DNA from: Macrostomum lignano
Taxonomy: Eukaryota
Length of the DNA stretch: 64,000 nucleotides
Direction: 5' to 3'
NCBI GenBank assembly: GCA_002269645.1
Contig: NIVC01001281.1
Span: forward strand, 169,302 to 233,301
Part shown: piece after piece, positions 11,101-22,032 of the stretch
Numbering within the stretch: position 1 is the stretch's first letter
Layout of the letters: every line of letters starts with the position of its first letter
The notes under the pieces: generated by a model
What the model was told of the DNA's origin: nothing
What the model saw: only the letters and a program-made list of their open reading frames with translations
Databases searched by the model: none
Program-made: the position numbers and the translations under genes

Positions 11101-14100
11101 CCCCGCGACGGCCTCGCCGCTTGCGGCTTCCGCTCCGGCCACGTCCGCTTGTTCGACCTGGCCGCCGCTTCCATGCTGGGTGAGCGGCGCAGCCATAGCG
11201 GCGCCGTCAGCGGGCTCGCCTTCTCCGCCTGCGGCCTCCGCCTGTTCTCCTGCGGCTCCGACGGCGGCCTGTCGGTTCACGACGCCTCGGCGGCCTGCGC
11301 GCTGCTCCGCTCCGTGCCCGACGTTGTCGCCAGGGTCGGCGCCGGCGGCTCCGAGGACCGTCCGAGCCCGCTGGCCGTGGACTCGGCCGACCCCGGCGGC
11401 TCCCTCATTGCCTACATCGGGCCGACCGGCGCCGCGGTTGTCGTGGCCGAAGGCGCCACCCTCGCTGAGCTGATCCGCGTAGACGTCACCATGGTCGCCG
11501 GGGCGGGCGTGGCGGACGCAGCCCGCGCCCTGCAGTTCGGCGCCGGGCACCTCCTGGTGGCCACGGAGGGCGGCCGCCTACTTCGATTGGAGCGCCGTTC
11601 CGGCCGCCTGGCCTCCCAGCTGTCCGGCCTCGGCCGCTGCGACTGCCTCTGCCTGAGCCCGGACGGCCGTTACTGCGTGGCCGGGGTTGGCCGGCAGCTG
11701 AAGCTGTTCCAGAACTGCTCGACCGGACAGGTGCAGTTCTCCAGCTTCCTGGGCCACAGCGGCCGAATTTGCGCGCTCGCCTTTAGCGCCGACGGCGCCA
11801 GACTGATGTCCGTTGGGGAGGCGGTCCTCGTCTGGGACTTCATGGCCCCGCCGGCATCTGAGAAGCCTGCCGAGAACCTCAGGACTGAGAACGGCGCCAA
11901 GGTTTGTGGACAGTGAAACCAGCCCCGCCTGACTCCCAATGCACATCAGCCTCCCCACCTCACTCCCAATGTACATCAGCCTCCCCACCTCACTCCCAAT
12001 GTACATCAGCCTCCCCACCTCACTCCCAATACACATTAGCCTCCCCACCTCACTCCCAATACACATCAGCCTCCCCACCTCACTCCCAATGTACATCAGC
12101 CTCCCCACCTCACTCTCAATGTACATCAGCCTCCCCATCAACTCTTTTAGAAGTTTTTCATTTAATCCTTGCAGAAGCCTCAACCAACACCCGTCACGCC
12201 GGCCGCTCCGCAGTCGCGACACCGAGTGGAGGCGCCGGTGCGCGACCCCGGCCCGGGCCCGGTCACCGGGACGGCGAACCCGGAGCTCGCCGATGCCGTG
12301 CCGCTTGCGAACGACGGCAGCAGATCCAGCTCCAGTGTGTCCGACTGCGAAGTCACGGAGCTCGCCGCGCCGGCCTGCAGCGCCCCGCCTGCCGAGCCGA
12401 CGGTGTCGCTGCCGGTGCCGCCGCTGGTGCTGTTGCCCGACGAGCCGGCGGCGGGAGACGACGGCGGCGCTCCGCACGAGCATCCGGCGCCTTCATCTGC
12501 GCGCCACTTTCGGTCCGGCGCCGAGTCGTTGCGACAGGCGCCTGCCGACCAGCGGCGCTACCTGGCGCGGCCCGGCGAGGAGGCGCTGCGGCTGCGCGCC
12601 GGACTCGGTGCCGGCTCGGGCGTCGGCGCCATCGCCTGGCTGGAGGGCCTCGGCCGTCTGGTGTACGCCGTCGGCTGCCAGCTGCTGTCCGAGGACCTCG
12701 AGACCGGCCTGCAGGCGCGGCTCTGCCAGCTGCCCGGCCCGGCCACCGCGGCCGCCGCCAGCTCCGACAGCCGCCTGGCCGCCTTTTGCTGCCTCGGCGG
12801 CGGTCTGCGCATTTTCGACGCCGAGGCTGCCGACGCTGCGAACGCCGAGGCGCCGGAGGGAGTGTCGATGGCGCTGATCTGCCGCTCGCTGTCCGGCGGC
12901 CCGGCCACCTGCGCGCAGTTCAGCAGAGACGATCGCTACCTGCTGACCGTGGGCAACCACGCCGATCCCCTGCTGCAGGTCTGGCTGGGTCCCGACTGGC
13001 AGGCCGTGGCCAGCCACCGGGCGGCCTACCCCGTCAACGACGTCTGCTGGCGCGCCGCCGACCTCGCCAGTTTCGTCAGCGTCGGCACCGCGGCCGCCCT
13101 CTCCGTCTGGTCGGTGGTTGGCGGGCCGGACGGATCGCAGCGGCTGCAGCTGGAGGAGCTGCCCGCGCCGGACGAGGCCATCGGACGGCGGCCCGGACTG
13201 CGGGCGTCGGCTGCCTCAGCCGAGGAGCTGTCGGCTTGCACCGTCGACTCTGACGACGCCGCGTTTGTGGCCGGTGGCCGCGGCCGGGTCTCCGTGTGGT
13301 CGCTGGGCGAGCGCCGCTGCGTCATGCACTGGGAGGCCGAGGCCAACGAGGTGTGTCGGCTGGCCCTGCGGCCCGGCGGCCTCCTCCTGTGCGGAGCCGC
13401 TGACGGCGCCGTCAAGGCGTGGGACGTGCGCGACATCCTTGGCCTGGGCGGCGGCGGCTGGTCGGGCGGCCGCGTCCGGCTGGTCAGCTCCGCCCGACTG
13501 GATGGCGCCGTGCTGGCGCTGCTGCCGGACAGCCAAGCCGAGCTGGCGCTGGCCGCCACCGCTGCTTCCGTGTGGTGCCTCCGAGTTGCCGAGGGCGCCG
13601 CCACCCGCCTGATCGCCGGCCACGCCGCCCGCGTCGCCGCCGCGGCGCCGTTGCCCGGCCTCGGCGTCCTGGCCACCGGCGACGCGTCGGGCGCTGTCCG
13701 AATCTTCGACTCGGCCGGACGGCAGCTCCTGTGCCAGCTGCAGCCCGGCCGCCTCTCGGCCGCCTGCCTCTGCCTGGCCGCGGACGCCCTCTACTTGGCG
13801 GCCGGCTACGGGGACGGCCACGTCCGGGCCTTCACGGCCGGCGCCGACCTCGGCCAGACTTTGAAGGCCCGCCCGCACGCGGCCGGCGTGTCCTCGCTGG
13901 CTTTGGACCCCGGCCACCGTTTCCTGGTCAGCGGCTGCTCCGACGGCCTGCTGGCGCTGACGGGTCTCGACACCGGCCTCGTGCTGCGCGTCCTCCGCGA
14001 CCACCGCGGCTCCGGCGTCGCCTGCCTGGACATCCAGCCGGACTCCGGCGGCTGCCACTTCCTGGCCTCCGCGGCCGACCGCCGCCTCAGCCTCTGGGCC

Positions 14101-14570
14101 TGCGCCGACTCCGCCGACTCCGTCGACCTCCGCCTGTGGCTGGCCTTCCCCTGCCGGCCTTCGCCCCAGGCAGCGGCCGCCCGCTGTCTGACGATCCGAC
14201 GGCCGCCATGGAGCTGCCGCCGGCGCTGGCCCGCTTCTGCCCGGCCGACGCCGACCTGCTGCTGCTGACCGGCTGCGCCCAGCAACCGGCCGTGGACCTC
14301 TACAGCCTCGCCCAGCGCCGAGTCGTCCGCTCCGTGTCGCTGCCCCGCTGGCCGCACTGCCTGGACGCGTCTCCGTCCGGCCGCCTGCTGCTGCTGGGGT
14401 CGCTCGGCCGCCTTGTCACCCTGCTGGACCTCGGCAGCGGCTGCTTCCAGGACTTCGTTGGACACGCGGAAGGCCTGTCCTGTGTCCGGTTCGGCGAAGA
14501 TGGACGGTCCTGCTGGACTGCGGCTGGGAGAGACGTTCTGGGCTGGGATGTGCTGATCAGGGACCGCTGA
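8173..14570 (+). CDS. WDR90: WD repeat-containing protein 90 (CFAP20-like N-terminal domain plus WD40 repeats); start not resolved; one frameshift
   Basis: YPYLNLF...GAVSASNYIQLP...RYLYVQFRP matches the WDR90 N-terminus; VWPLDFSQ|VLLEAEHE and C-terminal LPPALARFCP...QDFVGH are conserved. Exons about 8173-9438, 9565-10038, 10801-11901, 12175-14570; the three introns are GT-AG and frame-preserving. Frame change near 14150. Confidence 0.9.
10255..10755. repeat. 15-bp minisatellite in WDR90 intron
   Basis: (ACACCTGACCAAATT)n. Confidence 0.95.
11915..12140. repeat. 30-bp minisatellite in WDR90 intron
   Basis: (GTACATCAGCCTCCCCACCTCACTCCCAAT)n, about 7 copies. Confidence 0.95.
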
Positions 14571-14878
14571 GTGTCCTGGGGTGTGCTGATCAGGGACTGC
14601 TGAGTGCGCTGAGGTGTGCTGATCAGGGACTGCTGAGTGCGCTGGGGTGTGCTGATTAGGGACTGCTGAGTGTCCTGGGGTGTGCTGATCAGGGACTGCT
14701 GAGTACGCTGAGGTGTGCTGATCAGGGACTGCTGAGTGCGCTGGGGTGTGCTGATCAGGGACTGCTGAGTGCGCTGAGGTGTGCTGATCAGGGACTGCTG
14801 AGTGCGCTGGGGTGTGCTGATCAGGGACTGCGCTGGTGTGTGCTGATCAGGGACTGCTGAGTGCGCTGAGGTGTGCTG
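14549..14878. repeat. 33-bp minisatellite starting in the last codons of WDR90
   Basis: Unit GTGTGCTGATCAGGGACTGCTGAGTGCGCTGAG; first copy encodes VLIRDR-stop. Confidence 0.9.
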
Positions 14879-15500
14879 AATGTTGATCATTTGTCCGTCC
14901 ATGTTTTAGCTATAAAAATGAAATAAAATTTGTATTTTATTTAGCAGAAATTTTGCGCATTCCGTCCTATTTAGCTCGTATATACACACTGTAATTAGCC
15001 TGGCTGCTAAAGTTTATTTCGATACATATCGGCAATCGACTTGTACTTATAATGATAGCTCTACCTACCGGTAGCCAGCTGTTGTATGACCTACAATGAC
15101 CCAGCTTTGTTACAATGTAGAAGCATTCCATTTGCCTGTCATTATTAATAGTTTTATTTTGCTTGCAGAATTTCTCCCGGCTGTAATTACTGTATTCCCC
15201 AGCTCCCGGCTGTAATTACTGTATTCCCCAGCTCTGGCAGCGACTCTCGGTTCGGGCTGCTGGGCTTTTCCCATTTTGTTTTTAGTGCGTTTTTTACTAG
15301 TAAAATGCTTTGCTATTACTTTGCAAGTAGTATGAACTGAGTGCTTGATTTACATGTTATTGGCTATTGAATAAACGGCTGGTCTGTTTCTTAGTGCCAC
15401 AATTTTTATTTTTGCTTTCTTCATTGCATTGTCGTGCTGTGACTGAAATTTGACAGCTTTGCTGCTGATTGAGTTGCTTTTTTACTTTCGTTGGTAAACC

Positions 15501-16440
15501 AGAATCTGCCGATACAGCTGGCAGTTCACTGAGAATTCAGAAATCTACCAGAATCTGCCGATACAGCTGGCAGTTCACTGAGAATTCAGAAATCTACCCG
15601 AATCTGCCGATACAGCTGGCAGTTCACTGAGAATTCAGAAATCTACCAGAATCTGCTGATACAGCTGGCAGTTCACTGAGAATTCAGAAATCTACCAGAA
15701 TCTGCTGATACAGCTGGCAGTTCACTGAGAATTCAGAAATCTACCAGAATCTGCTGATACAGCTGGCAGTTCACTGAGAATTCAGAAATCTACCAGAATC
15801 TGCTGATACAGCTGGCAGTTCACTGAGAATTCAGAAATCTACCCGAATCTGCCGATACAGCTGGCAGTTCACTGAGAATTCAGAAATCTACCAGAATCTG
15901 CTGATACAGCTGGCAGTTCACTGAGAATTCAGAAATCTACCAGAATCTGCTGATACAGCTGGCAGTTCACTGAGAATTCAGAAATCTACCAGAATCTGCT
16001 GATACAGCTGGCAGCTCACTGAGAATTCAGAAATCTACCAGAATCTGCTGATACAGCTGGCAGTTCACTGAGAATTCAGAAATCTACCAGAATCTGCTGA
16101 TACAGCTGGCAGTTCACTGAGAATTCAGAAATCTACCAGAATCTGCTGATACAGCTGGCAGTTCACTGAGAATTCAGAAATCTGCCAGAATCTGCTGATA
16201 CAGCTGGCAGTTCACTGAGAATTCAGAAATCTACGAGAATCTGCTGATACAGCTGGCAGTTCACTGAGAATTCAGAAATCTACAGGAATCTGCTGATACA
16301 GCTGGCAGTTCACTGAGGATTCACAAATCTACCAGAATCTGCTGATACAGCTGGCAGTTCACTGAGGATTCACAAATCTACCAGAATCTGCTGATACAGC
16401 TGGCAGTTCACTGAGAATTCAGAAATCTGCCGACACAGCT
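15501..16440. repeat. 49-bp minisatellite, about 19 copies
   Basis: Unit AGAATCTGCTGATACAGCTGGCAGTTCACTGAGAATTCAGAAATCTACC; no long unique spacers, so not CRISPR. Confidence 0.95.
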
Positions 16441-16669
16441 GGCAGTTCACTGGAAATTTCTACGCAATCTCAGCAGAAAATGGCAGTTCACTGCTCGATC
16501 GCAGAGGTTCTTATCTTTCAATGGAGTGATTTTGCAACCAGCTGTTTTCAATATCCGCTCGAGTCTCTCAAATTGAGTAGCCGATGGTCTGAAAGCGCGT
16601 ACGGATGCAGGGAAGAAGCTGGGGTTCCTGCTGAGCAGTTACTGTAGTCAGGGGGCCGAGAGGATTGAA

Positions 16670-18701
16670 ATGGAGACGGAATCTTCAAGCGCAGGTAAGG
16701 AGCAGGAGAGAGAAAAGCCTCCGTCCTTACCGCGATGGGGGGGGGGCTGCCACGAACTGTGCAAATTGATTTGCCTGTCCAGGTGAGCTCGGGGACGGGC
16801 GGGGGAAGAGCTGAATAGGGGAGGGGATGAAGTTCGGAGGCTGCGATGAAGCTTAAATCGAAGCTGCAACTCTGCTCGGCCCGACAGCAGCCGGAGACGG
16901 CAGCCCTGAGCTGGCGATGCAGACGGCCGATGGCACCCGGCTGGGGCAGCTGATGCAGCTGCCGTGCATGCAGAAGTACCTGGCCAGCTTCCAGCCCGAC
17001 GCTGTCGCCGAGATTCAGCGGCACATCGAAAATCGTCTCAAGCGGTCGACGCCTACGACGACAGCCGCACCGTCGCCGCAGCAGCCGCCGTTCCGTCTGC
17101 CGACCTACGCCGAGTACGTCCGCATGGTGCAGTCACAGCAGGACCTGCGCCCCCAAGTTCGCGTTGTTGACAGTGAGAGCCGGCAGCTGCGGCACAACCA
17201 CAGCGACACCGGCGGCTGCCAGCTGAGCGGCCAGCGCCTTCGGCTAAACGACGACGAGCGACTGCAGACGGTGTCGGAGCTACTCGCTTCCGAAGAGCGG
17301 TTCAGCAGCGACCTCCGCCTGCTGCACACCGAGTTCCGAAGGCCGCTGCTGGCCAGCCGCCTCCTCAGCGCCGAGGACGTTGCGGACGTCTTCGTCAACC
17401 TGCCGCAGTTGCTGCGGGCCCAGGCCTCCCTGCTGGACCGCCTGCGACAGGCCGTCTCTGCAGCCGTCTCCGCCGGAGATGCCGACCAGGCCGCTGCCGG
17501 CGTTGCCGATGCCTTCATGGACGGCGCTACCGACCACCTCACCTGCCTGCGGCACTACAGCGTCGGGCACCGGCGCTCGCTGGCCCGCCTTGACCGCCTG
17601 GAGCGGCGCTGCCGCCTGCTGCGCCTCTTCCTGGCGGCCTCCCAAGACGACAACCCGCGCCTGCGCCGGATGCCTCTGCGCGCCTTCCTCATCCAGCCCG
17701 TGCAGCGGCTCATGCGGTACCCCCTGCTGCTCGACCGCCTGCTGCGGCTCAGCAGCTGCGGCGGTGGCGGCGGAAAGCTCGACTTTGCCAGCTCGACGGT
17801 CGAGCGGCTGCGCCGGGCGAAGTCGCGAGTCGAGGCCGCCATTGCCGAGACCAACGCCCGCGCCCTTGAGCCGTCCGACGCGCAACCCCAGCAGCCGCCG
17901 CAGCCGCAGGCGCCGTCGCCCCCTCCGCGGCAGCTGCCCACCTCTGCCTCTTCGAACTCGCTCTCGGCCATCGGCTGTCTGCGCCACTTCGCCGGCCCAA
18001 CGAGGAAGGCGACGCCGCTGACAACAGCCGCCGCTGCGGTCGAATGGGCGGCTGCCAGCCGGCAGCGCAGCGCCTCCTGCAGCGGCGCCGACCTGGTACG
18101 CCTCGCGCTTGACCGCCTGCGCTGGGGCACCGCAGCCCGCTGTTGCTTCAGCGGCGCGGTCTACGTGGCCCCGACCGCCACGGCCGACCTTCGCAGCGGC
18201 TGCTGGGCGGTGCTGATCTCTCGAAATCTGCCAGAGGACGCCGGGGCTGCCGAGTCTGGCGCGGAGAAGCTTTCAGCGCTGCTGTTTCCTGGAACTCTGG
18301 ACCGCGAAGCCGCAGCGGTCGCAGCTGAAGTGGGCGACGATGAGCCGGAGGCGGCGCTGCTGCTGTTCCAGGAGCCGCGGCTCGGCAGGCGGGCGCTGCT
18401 GCGGGAGCCGCTGCTGCTCAGCGCCTGCGTTGTCGGCGAAAGCAGCGACGACTTCAGCGTCCGCGTCTCGGACGTCCGCGGCGGCAGCGGCGTCGCCCGC
18501 CTGCGGCCCGCGGTTGACTCGCCAGCGGCTGCCCTGCGTCTCCAGCGACTTCTGCGCCGTGTCAGCCTGCGCTGTGGCCGCTGGCGCCTGCGGAGGCCGG
18601 CGGCATCCAACGCCCTCCTGGCTGGACTGGTCGGCGGCTTTAGCCCCCCACCCTCGTCTGTGGCGTCCGGACACTCCTGGCTGGAAGAAGCGGAGCATTG
18701 A
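16670..18701 (+). CDS. Rho guanine nucleotide exchange factor (DH domain, probable PH-like region)
   Basis: TVSELLASEERFSSDL...VFVNLPQL...LRAFLIQPVQRLMRYPLLLDRLL is a Dbl-homology signature. Proposed small first exon 16670-16694 (ATG...GCAG|GTAAGG) splices in frame to 16888. Confidence 0.85.
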
Positions 18702-18705
18702 TTGT

Positions 18706-19329
18706 CTGGGATCTTGGATCAAGGATCTGGGATCAAGGATCTGGGATCAAGGATCTGGGATCAAGGATCTGGGATCAAGGATCTGGGATCAAGGATCTGG
18801 GATCAAGGATCTGGGATCAAGGATCTGGGATCAAGGATCTGGGATCAAGGATCTGGGATCAAGGATCTGGGATCAAGGATCTGGGATCAAGGATCTGGGA
18901 TCAAGGATCTGGGATCAAGGATCTGGGATCAAGGATCTGGGATCAAGGATCTGGGATCAAGGATCTGGGATCAAGGATCTGGGATCAAGGATCTGGGATC
19001 AAGGATCTGGGATCAAGGATCTGGGATCAAGGATCTGGGATCAAGGATCTGGGATCAAGGATCTGGGATCAAGGATCTGGGATCAAGGATCTGGGATCAA
19101 GGATCTGGGATCAAGGATCTGGGATCAAGGATCTGGGATCAAGGATCTGGGATCAAGGATCTGGGATCAAGGATCTGGGATCAAGGATCTGGGATCAAGG
19201 ATCTGGGATCAAGGATCTGGGATCAAGGATCTGGGATCAAGGATCTGGGATCAAGGATCTGGGATCAAGGATCTGGGATCAAGGATCTGGGATCAAGGAT
19301 CTGGGATCAAGGATCTGGGATCAAGGATC
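18706..19329. repeat. 14-bp minisatellite, about 44 near-identical copies
   Basis: (GGGATCAAGGATCT)n beginning just after the RhoGEF stop codon. Confidence 0.97.
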
Positions 19330-19627
19330 TTAATACTATGCATAATTTACTTCTTGAACAACTCGCTTTGCGTGACACGAACGCCACTTTTATTGCAAAA
19401 CTCATAGTAGTATTAGCGTTTTTTTCAGTTACTGAAATAAACATTTACAAATGATGCTTAAATATAATATAACCTTATCATGCACTGTAGACTATGCAGT
19501 GTACATAAATATGTGCAAATTTTAATCGCCACCTTCAGTACGAGGTGCTGCCCTTCAAGACGCTGCCTGGCGCAACAAGCAACAAAATAAACAGCAATAG
19601 TGCTGAGTAGACGAGTAGCTATTTGAG

Positions 19628-20437
19628 ATGACTAAACTGTTAGCCTATGTTATTAAGAGTGCTGTCCTTAAATTACACAATGGCAGCATTCGATACTTGA
19701 GTAATTGTCATGACCAGGCATTATTAGGGTATTGCGCTCGTGTTTCCACAAAAATCGGAAAAGGGGTCAACTTAACTCAAAAATCTTCCAACATAAATGG
19801 CACAAATGCCACACAAGCTGACACAAATGCAACGCAAGCTGACACAAATGCAACACAAGCTGACACAAATGCAGCACAAGCTGACACAAATGCCACGCAA
19901 GCTGACACAAATTCCACGCAAGCTGACACAAATGCCGCACAAGCTGACACAAATGTGACACAAGCTGACACAAATGCAACACAAGCTGACACAAATGTCA
20001 CGCAAGCTGACACAAATGCCACACAAGCTGACACAAATGCCACGCAAGCTGACACAAATGCCACACAAACTGACACAGATGTGACACAAGCTGACACAAA
20101 TGTCACGCAAGCTGACACAAATGCCACGCAAGCTGACACAAATGCCACACAAGCTGACACAAATGCAACACAAGCTGACACAAATGCCACGCAAGCTGAC
20201 ACAAATGCCACGCAAGCTGACACAAATGCCGCACAAGCTGACACAAATGTGACACAAGCTGACACAAATGCAACACAAGCTGACACAAATGTGACACAAG
20301 CTGACACAAATGCCACACAAGCTGACACAAATGCCACGCAAGCTGACACAAATGCCACACAAACTGACACAAATGTGACACAAGCTGACACAAATGTCAC
20401 GCAAGCTGACACAAATGCCACGCAAGCTGACACGTAA
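19628..20437 (+). CDS. Candidate mucin-like protein built from a 21-bp (ADTNATQ)n repeat
   Basis: Open frame across about 30 units with no indels; frequent synonymous variation (GCC/GCA, ACA/ACG, GTG/GTC); N-x-T sequon in most units. Could still be a non-coding satellite; the repeat 19800-20433 itself is certain. Confidence 0.4.
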   Translation: MTKLLAYVIKSAVLKLHNGSIRYLSNCHDQALLGYCARVSTKIGKGVNLTQKSSNINGTNATQADTNATQADTNATQADTNAAQADTNATQADTNSTQADTNAAQADTNVTQADTNATQADTNVTQADTNATQADTNATQADTNATQTDTDVTQADTNVTQADTNATQADTNATQADTNATQADTNATQADTNATQADTNAAQADTNVTQADTNATQADTNVTQADTNATQADTNATQADTNATQTDTNVTQADTNVTQADTNATQADT

Positions 20438-20770
20438 GATAAGCAAGATACGAGTTAAGAACATTGTTCTAAAACTGCTTAGAGCTACACACTGCACCAT
20501 AAATCTTATATACATATTGTTGTATATAAGATTTATGCTCAGCACTCTCTCTACACTCTGCATGCCTACCATGCAGTTCTACAAATAGCTTCAAGCACTG
20601 AGTTGCTGCGGTCTCGGCCATAGACAGTCGCAGTAAGCGGGTCGCAGTAAGAAGCGACTGGAGGTGGCGATCCGTACGTTACAAGGTGTTTATTCAGACG
20701 AATTTGTTAGGAATTTTAATGTTTGACCCCTGAAGTGTCACTTAAAAGTGCATGCACTTTACAAGCTGCA

Positions 20771-21086
20771 ATGAAACTCGGATTATCGAAAAACTTCAGC
20801 CTTTGGCTGCTGGTCTTTGCGCTCCTGCTGAACTGTGAGTGCTGCAACGTCTGCTCAGTTTTTATCGATTTTTGCTTATCAATCTCACTGTGAGGGATGT
20901 CAATCTCAACCATCTCACTCCGCAGGCACCGGCAGGGTGTACAGCTGCCAGTGGAGCGTCTCCGGCTGCGCCAGTCGCCACCGCAGCTGCCAGTACGCCT
21001 GGGAGTGCTGCCCGGACCTCGACTGCCGGCCCTACGTTGACCCGGTGGACGAATTCCAGTTTCCCGATGTCCTGGTCTGCCAGTGA
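20771..21086 (+). CDS. Secreted knottin (ICK) peptide A, 74 aa, 2 exons
   Basis: Exons 20771-20834 and 20926-21086 (GTGAGT...CCGCAG, phase 1). Product MKLGLSKNFSLWLLVFALLLNCTGRVYSCQWSVSGCASRHRSCQYAWECCPDLDCRPYVDPVDEFQFPDVLVCQ: hydrophobic signal peptide, C-x6-C-x5-CC-x4-C-x17-C. AATAAA at 21166. Confidence 0.85.
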
Positions 21087-21263
21087 GCCGCGTGCGGGCT
21101 TTGACCTTCTCTGTTCTCACCTGTTTTGTGCAGCTGTGTCTGACATTTAGTAAGACGGAGTGTTAAATAAACTGATTTAAGTCGTTTTAATTTGTCTTTC
21201 TATGTGACCAACAGTTGATAATGAATGGCAAAACTTTAGTTAAACAGCAGAGTTCGCAGCAGG

Positions 21264-21553
21264 TCATTCGCAAATGTTGGTGTAGACGCCGCTTCCGTAC
21301 ACGTGCTCCGGGACGGGGATTCGCTGGCAGGTGAAGCTGCAGCAGTGCCGGTCCTCCCGGCAGGGGCCGCCTTTCGGATTGCAGGGCAGCTCAGCGCCGC
21401 AGGTGGTGCAACCAGCTGCAAATTTGTTGCAGTTCTGAATGAGGGGCTGAACTTCAACTGCAATGACGCCCTATGCGATAACTTTGCCGTTGGGCGCCTC
21501 AACTCACCGACAAGAGCCAGCAGGACAAGCAGATGAAGAACACAATGTCTCAT
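21264..21553 (-). CDS. Secreted knottin (ICK) peptide B, 79 aa, 2 exons
   Basis: Exons 21553-21508 and 21457-21264, 50-nt GTGAGT...TTGCAG phase-1 intron. Product MRHCVLHLLVLLALVVEVQPLIQNCNKFAAGCTTCGAELPCNPKGGPCREDRHCCSFTCQRIPVPEHVYGSGVYTNICE: signal peptide, C-x6-C-x5-CC-x3-C-x18-C. Confidence 0.85.
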
Positions 21554-21818
21554 TCTGATGCTGGTGTGGCAGGTACGCTGTTACTATTCAACCTCTCAAT
21601 TCAAAGTACAAATCAGCAGAGCAGAAAGGAGACATCTCTGGCGCTCTGCAGTCGGATACAAAACCGTCTCTGGTTCAAAGTGAAAAATCTCCGAAGTTGT
21701 CATCGGATGTGACACTCTGAAACTATGAAAAGTTTCTTAGCATTAGGTATCTGAGCATGGCTTCGCTAATGCTAAAACTTTGTCATTTTCTTGGCTTCTG
21801 GGCTTCCAAGACAATGAT

Positions 21819-22032
21819 GGGGTTGTAGCCTAGTGGTCAGAGCGTCGGACTCACGACTGAAATGCTGGGGGGGTTCGATTCTCGACCCACTCAGAACAGT
21901 TTGTGTCCTTGGCAAGAAACTTAACTCTCCATTGGCTTCAGTTCACCCAGCTGTAAAATGGGTGCCAGGATTAGCTGGGGTAATTGAGACTGTGTGCCGA
22001 CCCCCCCCCCCCCAGTCCTTGGACTGAACAGC
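21819..22032 (+). mobile_element. tRNA-derived CORE-type SINE, intact copy
   Basis: A-box TAGCCTAGTGG, B-box GGTTCGATTC, CORE-like TGTGTCCTTGGCAAGAAACTTAAC...CAGCTGTAAAATGGG, tail C-run plus AGTCCTTGGACTGAACAGC. Confidence 0.8.

Noticed and set aside
8338-14465. Long antisense and alternate-frame ORFs over WDR90 and other GC-rich genes
   Set aside because: Expected shadow ORFs of high-GC coding DNA; low-complexity R/A/G/P content.
15501-16440. Regular 49-bp array as CRISPR
   Set aside because: No unique spacers, no cas genes, eukaryotic context. The same applies to all other arrays.
18340-19454. GSRIWDQGSGIKDL repeat proteins
   Set aside because: Invariant 14-bp satellite after the RhoGEF stop.
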